A stretch of 64,000 nt of DNA from an archaeon. Lineage in GTDB: Archaea; Nanobdellota; Nanobdellia; Pacearchaeales; DTIR01. This document shows, in pieces, positions 45,682 to 54,512 of this stretch. The position numbers were made by a program, and so were the translations under genes. Location of the stretch: assembly GCA_043808285.1 (NCBI GenBank), contig JAZDFA010000003.1:12085-76084 (forward strand). Reading direction: 5' to 3'. Below the pieces are notes generated by a model. The model was given only the letters and a program-made list of their open reading frames with translations, did no database searches and was not told the DNA's origin. How positions within the stretch are numbered: position 1 is the first letter of the stretch; each line of letters opens with the position of its first letter.

Positions 45682-47007
45682 ATGCTTCTCATTTCACTGA
45701 CAGTTTACTTAACGGCATATTTCGGGCTGATTACAGCAGGATTTTTTCTTTTGACTTATTTTACAAATAGAAGAGATATGGCTGACCCTCCTGCAAAAAA
45801 ATTCCCATTTGTTTCTTTTATTGTACCGGTATTTAATGAAAAAGATGAAATAAAAAGAACAATAAGCTCTATGCTTAGCATTGATTACCCAAAAGATAAA
45901 TTTGAGATTATAATTGTTGATGATGGCTCTAGCGATGATACATATCAGGAGATAAAAAAGATGGAGTCAAAAATAGTTCGGGTTTTTACAAAAGACAATG
46001 GAGGATGCGCCAGCGCATTAAATTTTGGAATAAGGAAAGCTAGGGGGAAAATAATTGCAAGATTTGATGCAGATACGATCCTCTCTAAAGATTCACTTAA
46101 AAAAACAATAGGGTATTTTGAAAATCCAAAGGTAATAGCTGTCACCTCCTCATTAAATGTAAGAAATCATGTTGGGTTCTTGCAAAGGATACAGTGGGCA
46201 GAATATCTTTTTGGAATAACTTTAAGAAAAATATTCGACTTAAACAATGCAATTCATGTTATACCTGGGCCTTTGTCAGTTTACAGGGCAGAATTCTTCG
46301 AAAAACATGGGGGTTTTGATGAAGGAAACATAACTGAAGACACTGAGATGGCTATGAGGATACAAAGCTATGGATATGAGATAAGAAATAGCATAAGTGC
46401 AAATGTCTATACTAATGTTCCTACGAAATTCGGTCAATTGCTAAAGCAAAGAATAAGATGGTATACCGGCTTCATATACAATGCATGGAATTACAGGCAT
46501 CTTTACTACTGGAAGAGAAAAACAGACCTGTCTATATTTGTGCTTCCAGCCGCAGTCATTTCTGTTCTTCTTGCATTCTTATCATTTTTTGTAATGCTCT
46601 ACTATAACCTCAAAGGCTTAAGCAACACAATAACAAAAATAAGTGTAACAGGATTCAGTCTTGATGATTGGATTAAGAATATGACATTAAAAACAATGCA
46701 AGAATCATTTTTTAATTATGCAACCAGCCAGTATATCTTCTTTATTATACTGGGGATTCTCCTGATGATTCTATTTTTTTCCATATCAAAATACCACAGC
46801 GGTGAAAAAAGAGGAGTAATTTGGGCAATAATTCTTTATTTTATTTTTTACATTTTCTTCTTTCTTTTTTGGTGGGGCGCTGCAATCTTCTACTTTGTTA
46901 GCGGGAAAGAACAGAAATGGGGGAGAAGGTCTTATCGTGGTGCAGTTATGGTAGGGCAAAAAGCAATTAAAGAAAAGCAACGCTTAAAAATAAGGAAGAG
47001 TTCTTAA
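45682..47007 (+). CDS. Processive family 2 glycosyltransferase (cellulose/chitin/PNAG-synthase-like)
   Basis: FIVPVFNE, IVDDGSSD, FDADT, the TED motif NITEDTEMAMR, QxxRW (KQRIRWYTG), and flanking TM helices. Confidence 0.85.
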   Translation: MLLISLTVYLTAYFGLITAGFFLLTYFTNRRDMADPPAKKFPFVSFIVPVFNEKDEIKRTISSMLSIDYPKDKFEIIIVDDGSSDDTYQEIKKMESKIVRVFTKDNGGCASALNFGIRKARGKIIARFDADTILSKDSLKKTIGYFENPKVIAVTSSLNVRNHVGFLQRIQWAEYLFGITLRKIFDLNNAIHVIPGPLSVYRAEFFEKHGGFDEGNITEDTEMAMRIQSYGYEIRNSISANVYTNVPTKFGQLLKQRIRWYTGFIYNAWNYRHLYYWKRKTDLSIFVLPAAVISVLLAFLSFFVMLYYNLKGLSNTITKISVTGFSLDDWIKNMTLKTMQESFFNYATSQYIFFIILGILLMILFFSISKYHSGEKRGVIWAIILYFIFYIFFFLFWWGAAIFYFVSGKEQKWGRRSYRGAVMVGQKAIKEKQRLKIRKSS

Positions 47008-47011
47008 GAGA

Positions 47012-47701
47012 ATGGTTAAAATAGGAGATCTCAAAAATAAGTTTCCAGAGAATATGGAAAATAAAGCAGAATTCAACAAGTATATAGCAAGTTTTGCTAT
47101 TGCTACTCTACTGCTAACAATAGGGATAATTGTAGGCAATTATCTTTCTGAAGAGAAAATGTCAAAAATAAAGGAAATTGAAAACAATATACAGTTTGAT
47201 ATAATGTCTATGGAAATTCAAGACTTGCTATTTACAGAGAATCCTTGCAATTCAATCTCTATCCAGCTAGAGGAAAGACTTAAGGAAACTGCGACCAAAA
47301 TATCATTCATGGAAAATCAGCTGGGAAAAACAGAGGGGCGAGTGATAAATCTCAAGAAAGAGTATTCTTTACTCGAAATAAAGCATTATATAATAATGAA
47401 AACAAAAAAAGACAAGTGCAACCTTAATTACAGCACAATACTATTCTTTTACTCTAACCAAAAAGAAAAGATTTATGACAGCGAGAGGCAGGGATATGTT
47501 CTTGATAACATAAGGCAGAAATACAAAGTGGAGAATGTAAAAGTTTATTCTCTAGACAAAGACTTAGACCTCTATATTATAGGAGAATTAGCAAAGTTCT
47601 ATGGCGTTTGGGATGTACCTGCAATTGTTGTGAATAATCAGACACTGATGGGATTCCAAAGCAAAGAAAAAGTGAATAAAATCCTCAATATCACAGAATA
47701 G
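47012..47701 (+). CDS. Membrane-anchored hypothetical protein, immediately downstream of the GT2 synthase
   Basis: N-terminal TM FAIATLLLTIGIIVGNYL. The C-terminal domain is vaguely thioredoxin-fold-like, with no CxxC motif. Confidence 0.5.
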   Translation: MVKIGDLKNKFPENMENKAEFNKYIASFAIATLLLTIGIIVGNYLSEEKMSKIKEIENNIQFDIMSMEIQDLLFTENPCNSISIQLEERLKETATKISFMENQLGKTEGRVINLKKEYSLLEIKHYIIMKTKKDKCNLNYSTILFFYSNQKEKIYDSERQGYVLDNIRQKYKVENVKVYSLDKDLDLYIIGELAKFYGVWDVPAIVVNNQTLMGFQSKEKVNKILNITE

Positions 47702-47736
47702 AAAAAGATAAATACTGGTTTTTCAGTGAGTTTTTT

Positions 47737-48198
47737 ATGGTAGAAACATGTTCTATATGTGGCAGAGAATCATCAAATATTACCAAGGGATTTATAGATA
47801 ATGAACTAAAAAGTGTTTGTGATATGTGCGCAAAGATTAACGGGGATATGATTGTTGTAAACAAGCCAACTGAAGCGCAGCTAAAAGAAGCTGACAGGCC
47901 ATTTAGTGTTTTTGAAAGATTAAGCAGAATGTCAAGAATGCAAATGCATGAAGATGAACTTGAAGAAAGGGATTTATTAAGAAAGAAAGAGGCACAGATA
48001 AACCTGACAAAACTTGCAGCATTAAAAAGTGATAATTCAATAAGGAAAAAAATGGAAGCTGAAAGCAAAAAGGTTGAAGAAGAAAAGCAAAAAAATAAGA
48101 TTCATCCTAAAGGATTAGGCATCAAAACACAGACAGTTAATATAGATGAGCTAAAACAAATGAGAGAGGAAATGTTTGGAAAAAAGAAGTCTTCTTAA
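47737..48198 (+). CDS. Zinc-ribbon protein with a Lys/Glu-rich tail
   Basis: CSICG...CDMC at the N-terminus, followed by a charged low-complexity C-terminus. Confidence 0.45.
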   Translation: MVETCSICGRESSNITKGFIDNELKSVCDMCAKINGDMIVVNKPTEAQLKEADRPFSVFERLSRMSRMQMHEDELEERDLLRKKEAQINLTKLAALKSDNSIRKKMEAESKKVEEEKQKNKIHPKGLGIKTQTVNIDELKQMREEMFGKKKSS

Positions 48199-48219
48199 GA
48201 ATTTTTGGCAATAAAAAGC

Positions 48220-48227
48220 TTTATAAA
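48220..48227 (+). promoter_or_regulatory. TATA box for rpoL
   Basis: tttataaa lies about 36-43 nt upstream of ATG 48263, with AAGGAG between them as a Shine-Dalgarno-like site. Confidence 0.4.
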
Positions 48228-48262
48228 TCAATTTAACAGCACCTAATTAATAAGGAGATAAA

Positions 48263-48529
48263 ATGCAGATTAATGTCGTTAAAAACGAAAAAGATACTCT
48301 TGAATTAGAAATAGACAACTTGACAGTAGTTGAGGCTATAAGAACAGAGCTATGGAGTGATGAAAAAGTGGAAATAGCTGCATGGAAGAGAGAACATCCT
48401 ACAAAAAATCCTGTCTTGGTCATAAAAGTTAAAGAAGGAACAGCTAAAAGGGCATTAAATGATTCAATAGCAAGATTGCAAAAAACAAATGATTCACTGC
48501 TTGAAAAATTCAAGGCAGCTATGAAGTAA
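48263..48529 (+). CDS. rpoL: DNA-directed RNA polymerase subunit L (Rpo11)
   Basis: KDTLELEIDNLTVVEAIRTELWSDEKVEIAAWKREHPTKNPVLVIKV. 88 aa. Confidence 0.7.
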   Translation: MQINVVKNEKDTLELEIDNLTVVEAIRTELWSDEKVEIAAWKREHPTKNPVLVIKVKEGTAKRALNDSIARLQKTNDSLLEKFKAAMK

Positions 48530-48626
48530 TAATTTCTATTTGGTCAAAATTTCATTAATCGCCTTTTTTATTTTTCTGTTATACTCAATAATATCTTTTT
48601 TTAGGTATTACCAAAACATGGCCATA

Positions 48627-49142
48627 CTAAAGTATGTGGTTTTTGCCAAATGTTCTTGACATAATCTCTTCGCAGACATTTCTTGTTGAATCATAGATAT
48701 GCTTCACTGTTCTTTCTATATGCCTCTCAACACCTTTTCTATTTTTATGGTGATTCGGCACTAACTCATTTATATCATTTACAGATGTTTTCTTCCCTTC
48801 TGCAAGTTCATTAAAAAGGACTGCATAATGTCTAAATTTTTCATAAATAAAATCCTGATGGGTTCTAGACATTGCAATCACGACGTCCTGTTTTTCCAAA
48901 ATATCTTTTGTAAGCTTTGTCTGTTTGTGCCCAGACCCATCAATTCCTCTTTTCCTAAGCTCTTCAAGTGTCTTTGGGTCAGGGGGCTCTTTCTTCGCAA
49001 TAATTCCGGCAGAAGAAACATTAATTCTTGTTATATTATTATCCTTAAGATACTTCCTTAAAGAATACTCTGCGCACATACTTCTAAAAACATTGCCAGT
49101 ACACACAAAAAGCACATTAACACTGTCTTCTTTCATATTCAT
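48627..49142 (-). CDS. Low-molecular-weight protein-tyrosine phosphatase / ArsC-like
   Basis: P-loop VLFVCTGNVFRSMCAE (CX5R-S). Confidence 0.85.
   Translation of the reverse strand: MNMKEDSVNVLFVCTGNVFRSMCAEYSLRKYLKDNNITRINVSSAGIIAKKEPPDPKTLEELRKRGIDGSGHKQTKLTKDILEKQDVVIAMSRTHQDFIYEKFRHYAVLFNELAEGKKTSVNDINELVPNHHKNRKGVERHIERTVKHIYDSTRNVCEEIMSRTFGKNHIL
48640..48662 (+). repeat. Partial copy of repeat module H4 (3-prime half)
   Basis: tttttgccaaatgttcttgacat versus tttttgtcaagtgttcttgacat at 7077-7099 and 43932-43954. It overlaps the last codons of the minus-strand phosphatase gene. Confidence 0.6.
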
Positions 49143-49186
49143 TGCAAAATTGCAAAATTTATATATCTTGCCAGATTAGGATAATA

Positions 49187-49771
49187 ATGCTTACAGTAAA
49201 GCAAGGCTCTGTTTTAATGAGTGCTGCAAGAAATGCTATTAAGAAAAGTTTTGACAGCGATTATAATAAATATCTTTCAGAATTTAATGAGAAACTAGGG
49301 GTTTTTGTAACTATTCTGGAATATCCTTCTTTAGATTTAAGAGGATGCATAGGTTTTCCGTATCCTGAAATAGAGCTTGGCAAAGCAGTTATCCAAGGCG
49401 CAAAGGCCGCTGCATTTTCTGACCCGAGATTTCCCCCGTTGCAAAAAAATGAGATTAACAAAATGGTTATTGAGATTTCTATTCTTAGCGAGCCAAAAGA
49501 AATAAAATGCAAGAAAGAGGAACTTGCAAATAATGTGAAGATAGGAAGAGATGGATTGATTGTAAGATTTGGAGGTTTTTCCGGGTTGTTGCTTCCTCAA
49601 GTGCCTATTGAATGGAAATGGGATTCCCAGCAATTTTTGAGGCAAACATGCATCAAGGCCGGCTTGCCTGCAGAAACCTGGAAAAAAGAGGCTTGCAAAT
49701 TCTTCAAATTCCAAGCACAGATATTTTCAGAAAAAAGTCCTAATGGAAAAGTTATAGAAAGAAAAATTTAA
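49187..49771 (+). CDS. AMMECR1-domain protein
   Basis: LRGCIGFPYPE signature, and SGLLLPQVP. The internal ATG 49187 is preferred over 49142 in the ORF track. Confidence 0.85.
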   Translation: MLTVKQGSVLMSAARNAIKKSFDSDYNKYLSEFNEKLGVFVTILEYPSLDLRGCIGFPYPEIELGKAVIQGAKAAAFSDPRFPPLQKNEINKMVIEISILSEPKEIKCKKEELANNVKIGRDGLIVRFGGFSGLLLPQVPIEWKWDSQQFLRQTCIKAGLPAETWKKEACKFFKFQAQIFSEKSPNGKVIERKI

Positions 49772-49807
49772 TAAGCTTATAGTCCATATTATTTTTTGGA
49801 GAGAAAA

Positions 49808-50536
49808 ATGGAAAGAAAGATTTCTGCTGGAAGCTACGATTTGAACAAATGGCTTTATGGGGGTTATGAAAAGGATGTTATAACCACAGTTTATGGGCCT
49901 GCTGGAAGCGGTAAAACCAATTTTTGCATGCTTGTTGCAGTTTCTCAGGCAAAAAAAGGCAACAAAGTAATATTAATTGATTCTGAAGGGGGATTCTCTA
50001 TCGATAGATTCAAACAGATAGCTGGAGAGAATTATGAGGCAATACTTGAAAATGTCCTGATACTAAAGCCTACAACATTCAATGAGCAGCAAGAATCATT
50101 TGAAAGGCTTCTTAAGGAAATAAAAGAAACGAAAGCAATAAGTGCAATAATGATAGACAGCATGACAATGCTTTACAGACTTGAACTTGCTGATGCAAGA
50201 GGAGATGAAAGAAGAGTAAATGAGGTTAACTCAAAGCTTGCCTCCCAGATGAGGATACTTGCAGAGATAGCTAGAAATAAAGAAATACCTGTTATAACTA
50301 CAAATCAAGTTTATTCAGAATTCCTTAGGCAGGAAGACTATGAAGAAGGCAGAGAAAAAAGAGTTTTTATGGTTGGGGGGGATATAATGAAGTACTGGAG
50401 CAAATGCATAATTGAACTGCAAATAATCCCTGGAAAAAGAAAAGCAATACTAAGAAAGCATCGCTCATTGCCAGAATCAGAATTCATTTTTAATATAGTG
50501 CAAGAAGGAATAATCAAAGCTAGGAGATTCTTTTAG
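49808..50536 (+). CDS. radB: RadB (RecA/RadA paralog)
   Basis: Walker A YGPAGSGKTNF, and Walker B-like AIMIDSMT. ATG 49808 has an upstream GGAGAG; the ORF track starts at TTG 49796. Confidence 0.8.
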   Translation: MERKISAGSYDLNKWLYGGYEKDVITTVYGPAGSGKTNFCMLVAVSQAKKGNKVILIDSEGGFSIDRFKQIAGENYEAILENVLILKPTTFNEQQESFERLLKEIKETKAISAIMIDSMTMLYRLELADARGDERRVNEVNSKLASQMRILAEIARNKEIPVITTNQVYSEFLRQEDYEEGREKRVFMVGGDIMKYWSKCIIELQIIPGKRKAILRKHRSLPESEFIFNIVQEGIIKARRFF

Positions 50537-50538
50537 AA

Positions 50539-50868
50539 ATGGATGAGGAAACTTTCAAGAAAATGAAAAGGGAAGAGTACAAAGAATTTGATTTATACAT
50601 GCTCTGGGATGCTTATACTGCAATGAAAAAACAATCAGCAGATTATAAAAAACATGGCTGGGAAGAAGATGCAAAAGAATCAAAATTGGAGATGATTGTC
50701 CTTGTTTCTTTAATGAGAAAAAAGCCCCACCCAATTAAAGCAAATCTTTACAATGAATTGCATGGAGAGAGGATAAACAATGTTCATTACAGCCTTGAAA
50801 ATTTTTCAAAGGACATGGAAGATGTTGAATTTTTCAAGAATGAAATATTAAACAGGGCGGAGAATTAG
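50539..50868 (+). CDS. Hypothetical protein, tandem paralog of 50871-51215
   Basis: Shared segments: EYKEFDLYMLWDAY versus KYNEMNTAQLWNEL; LEMIVLVSLMRKKP versus EESIVLFALLRKMP; FFKNE versus FFEKE. Confidence 0.5.
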   Translation: MDEETFKKMKREEYKEFDLYMLWDAYTAMKKQSADYKKHGWEEDAKESKLEMIVLVSLMRKKPHPIKANLYNELHGERINNVHYSLENFSKDMEDVEFFKNEILNRAEN

Positions 50869-50870
50869 GA

Positions 50871-51215
50871 ATGGAATACACTAAAAGGATGAGATATGCA
50901 GCTGAAAAATACAATGAGATGAATACCGCCCAGTTATGGAATGAGCTTATTTTGTGCGATATAAAAATAAACAAGTACTTATTTGAAAAGAGCAAATGTG
51001 CAAGTCCTCCTGCAAAAAACAATAATAAAGAAAAGAATTTTTTTAGAAACATGGAAGAATCAATTGTTTTATTTGCCCTGCTACGAAAAATGCCTGGCAA
51101 TGAATTATACAAGATATATGAATACATGAATCTGCAAAAAGTAGCAAGCACAGATAAAACTGAAAAAGCGAATCTTGAACAGACTCTTAAATTTTTTGAG
51201 AAAGAGTTCTTTTAA
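50871..51215 (+). CDS. Hypothetical protein, tandem paralog of 50539-50868
   Basis: See 50539-50868. Confidence 0.5.
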   Translation: MEYTKRMRYAAEKYNEMNTAQLWNELILCDIKINKYLFEKSKCASPPAKNNNKEKNFFRNMEESIVLFALLRKMPGNELYKIYEYMNLQKVASTDKTEKANLEQTLKFFEKEFF

Positions 51216-53155
51216 GAAGAAGAGAGGAAATTAGTAACTCTTATATCTGGGCTAAGTATAAATATATGGTCGGAATCACTTCTTAATCCTCTGTATATTC
51301 TCTGGAAAAATTCCCTTTTTGCTTTGTCCCTATAAAATTCATCATAGTATTGCGGTTTTGTCTGCTTTAATATTCTCCAAAAGATTGAGCTTATATCCGG
51401 ATAGGGAAATCTTGTCAGTATTATGCTGTTGCACATCTCTCCGGGGAAATCTATCCCGCGATTGCATCTTGTAGAATATAAAATATTAGTATTTCCCTGC
51501 TTGAAATCATCAAGCAAATATCCTGAACTGTCATTTTTTTGAGTCTCTATGAGCTTTTCTTTTGTCATTATACTCAACCCATAATTTGATGCTTCCTCTT
51601 GGGAAGGAAGGTCCTTGAAAGCTGTAACATTCACAAGAAGTGGCTTTTTTGAGGACTTAATGCATTCGTCAAGAGCTTTAAGGAATCTCTCCCTTGAATT
51701 TGGAAGCTTGAATACTTCATAATTGCAGTTGAATTCTTTTCCAGTCCTCTGAATATCTATTGAGCCGGGCATTTTTGTCTCTGCCTCAACAATCTTGAAA
51801 TTTCTTAATCCGAAAATGTCCCTTAATACTTCCGGGGAATGAATTGTCCCTGACATGAGCACGATTGCCTTGCTTCGCTCTATTAACTCAGCGAATCTCT
51901 TCTCAAGATTTACTGTCACCATATTTACAACTATATCCTTGCCATATTTTTCAAATGATACATAGGTCTCATCGAAAAAGTCTTCAAAAGTCCTTGAAAC
52001 CTTGTCAGCATGATATGAATAATTTTCCTCGTCACATTCAACCTCTTCCATCAGATTATTATCTAGGAAATTTTTAAGCACATCCAAAAGTTTCGTATCC
52101 TTAATGGGAATTATTTCTCCAAGATTCATGCTTCCAATTGCATTGTCTCTTAAGATATCCTCTACCAGATGTATTAATGAGATTATTGTCTTGCGAGTTT
52201 TTTCATTTTCAGAAAAAAGATACCCCAATGCAATATGCAGCCTGTTAAGATTAATCCTCTCGGTGTTTGCAAAACTGTCCAGGAATTCATCGCACTCATC
52301 GATTATCTCAACATCGGTTGCAGGCCTGCGGTTCATTATTGACTCAAGCCAGTACTTGTCGCTGTTAAATATCAATACATCTGCGTCAATGTAGGAATGA
52401 AACTGTTCGTAATATGGGCATCCCTCTTTTCTCTGGTAGAAAACATACTCTCTTCCAAATAATCCCTTGTATTTTCTTTTTCTTGCTTCAAGATTAACAT
52501 CCAATTCTGCCGGAAGTATGGGGCTCCAATAAGGGCATACCGGGGCAATTGAAAGCCTCTTTACATTATGTATGTTCCTAAAATCCATGGCGTTTATCCT
52601 TGTGTTTCTTTTAAGATACTCTTTTATTCTGGCAAAATTCTTTTCTGCAATTTCAATCTTGCAGGGAAGAAAGGAATTGTCGCATGAATCGTCCTTATTT
52701 TTGTTTAAGGCAGTTTTTTCCTTGTTTATCTTTTCTATGAGATTATTCATCATCATCTTGAAATCGCTTAGCTTTGAATCTCTTTCATTGCTTACAAAGA
52801 ATTCCTGCAATTCCCCATCAATATATTTGCATTTGTGGTTTCTTCTTCCGGTCAATACTTCTATTTTTAATTTTTCCCCATTTTTTTTGAGGAGATATTT
52901 TTTATTGGTGTAATCATCCTCATACTGCTTCTGTAGATTTCTTATAGGGACAACAATTGACGCCCTTCCAAGCTCCTTTGCAATATTAAGGGCAATTGCG
53001 CTTTTTCCTGTTCCGCATACGCCTCGAATGAAGATTATTTTTTCTCCACCTTTTATCAAAGAAACAACTTCATTTACAACATCCTCCTGGCTTTTCCCGT
53101 TGGAAAAAACAAGGGGCTTTAGAAAATCACCACCTTCATCATAAAGACTCCACAT
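51212..53155 (-). CDS. XPD/Rad3/DinG-like superfamily 2 helicase
   Basis: Walker A GVCGTGKSAIAL, DExD-like IIDECDEF, four spaced Cys (NHKCKY, CDNSFLPC, CPYW, CPYY) compatible with an Fe-S domain, and motif VI-like RCNRGIDFPGEMCNSIILTRFPYP. Confidence 0.65.
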   Translation of the reverse strand: MWSLYDEGGDFLKPLVFSNGKSQEDVVNEVVSLIKGGEKIIFIRGVCGTGKSAIALNIAKELGRASIVVPIRNLQKQYEDDYTNKKYLLKKNGEKLKIEVLTGRRNHKCKYIDGELQEFFVSNERDSKLSDFKMMMNNLIEKINKEKTALNKNKDDSCDNSFLPCKIEIAEKNFARIKEYLKRNTRINAMDFRNIHNVKRLSIAPVCPYWSPILPAELDVNLEARKRKYKGLFGREYVFYQRKEGCPYYEQFHSYIDADVLIFNSDKYWLESIMNRRPATDVEIIDECDEFLDSFANTERINLNRLHIALGYLFSENEKTRKTIISLIHLVEDILRDNAIGSMNLGEIIPIKDTKLLDVLKNFLDNNLMEEVECDEENYSYHADKVSRTFEDFFDETYVSFEKYGKDIVVNMVTVNLEKRFAELIERSKAIVLMSGTIHSPEVLRDIFGLRNFKIVEAETKMPGSIDIQRTGKEFNCNYEVFKLPNSRERFLKALDECIKSSKKPLLVNVTAFKDLPSQEEASNYGLSIMTKEKLIETQKNDSSGYLLDDFKQGNTNILYSTRCNRGIDFPGEMCNSIILTRFPYPDISSIFWRILKQTKPQYYDEFYRDKAKREFFQRIYRGLRSDSDHIFILSPDIRVTNFLSSS

Positions 53156-53197
53156 ATTTTATTTCTTGGGAATTGGATTTATAAGAATTGTGTATAT

Positions 53198-54475
53198 TCA
53201 ATCATTAACGCAAATGCCGAAATCTATATCTCCCAGGTAGTCCCCATCTGGTTTATTATATCTTAAACGCATATCCAGGGCATCTATTCTCAGACCTTTT
53301 GAAATAGCATAACTTGAGTTTTGCATGGTTACATAAGGTTCATCATCTATTCTAATAGAAGCACAATAAGAATCATTGCAGGTACTTACCCCTACAATTC
53401 TTAAAAAATAAGTTGTATTCAGCAAAGATATTTCTTTGCCTTCATATGCAAACAATGTCTGATTTACACACCTATATTGGTCACCTTTTTTGTCTGCAAG
53501 ATAATTAATATTAATTCCAGATAACATTAATTCCCCACCAATAACCATATTTCCTGTAGGAGTTGTCTTAAATTCAAGCTGGTTTTTTACAGTAAAATTA
53601 TTTCTAGGTATAGTTATAAGATGCCAAGCGTCATCGCTTATTCCAGTCTTATTATCTCTCATCGTAAAATTTAAGTATACGATGCTTCCTTCCTGAATAA
53701 TTCTGTTAATCCTTATATTTGCGGGATTTAATCCGTGACCTACCAATAAGACTACTACATTCTCCTGAAAATCAATATTGGTCTTATTGAGATTAATGAT
53801 AGTTTCATTCAAATAATCTAAATCTGCTTTATTCTGGGCAAAAAATAATCCTACATCATAATTTTTTAACAAACTATAATTCAATATTCTCTTTTGATTG
53901 TTTCTTGTGTTCCCTTCATTAATTGTTTGAAATTCTAAGGTATTAAATTGGTTTAAGCATTTATGGTAAAAACAAACAGTATTAGAACTACAGTCCTTGT
54001 CATGAGTGCACTGATACTTCTTGCACATGTGATTGTCTGCATATTCATTCAGGTTGCATTGCAACTTGATGCATTCGTGCTGCGGCACATGGCAAATTTG
54101 GTTTGATTCGCAATCACTAAAATTAACGCAGCTCTTCCCTATGCATTTATGATTTGAAGTAAATGCTGGAGAACTACAATTTAATGTCTGGCATATGTGA
54201 TTTACACAAATATCTTCATCGTTGCATCCTGAATCATTGAAACATTGCCAATCAGGATTGAATTCAAATTCTTCTGTATCTGCCGGGATATCTAATGAGA
54301 TATTTATCTGAGAAGTTGTATTTTGCTCTTCTAATGTTGCTTGATTGTTATCCTGATTAGTTTCTTCTGAGTCTTTTTGGGGGATATCTTTGCCAGGTTG
54401 AATCAAAAGAAAAATGCTGATTGATGCTATAATCAAAACAAGAATTATCAAAACTGATTTCGCTAATTTGCCCAT
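53198..54475 (-). CDS. Secreted or membrane-anchored Cys-rich protein (425 aa)
   Basis: N-terminal TM VLIILVLIIASISIFLLI. Repeated modules DSGCNDEDICVNHIC, FSDCESNQICH, DKDCSSNTVCFYHKC. Confidence 0.6.
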   Translation of the reverse strand: MGKLAKSVLIILVLIIASISIFLLIQPGKDIPQKDSEETNQDNNQATLEEQNTTSQINISLDIPADTEEFEFNPDWQCFNDSGCNDEDICVNHICQTLNCSSPAFTSNHKCIGKSCVNFSDCESNQICHVPQHECIKLQCNLNEYADNHMCKKYQCTHDKDCSSNTVCFYHKCLNQFNTLEFQTINEGNTRNNQKRILNYSLLKNYDVGLFFAQNKADLDYLNETIINLNKTNIDFQENVVVLLVGHGLNPANIRINRIIQEGSIVYLNFTMRDNKTGISDDAWHLITIPRNNFTVKNQLEFKTTPTGNMVIGGELMLSGININYLADKKGDQYRCVNQTLFAYEGKEISLLNTTYFLRIVGVSTCNDSYCASIRIDDEPYVTMQNSSYAISKGLRIDALDMRLRYNKPDGDYLGDIDFGICVND

Positions 54476-54512
54476 TAAATAATATAGAAAACTAAGGATT
54501 TAATCCTTGTGC

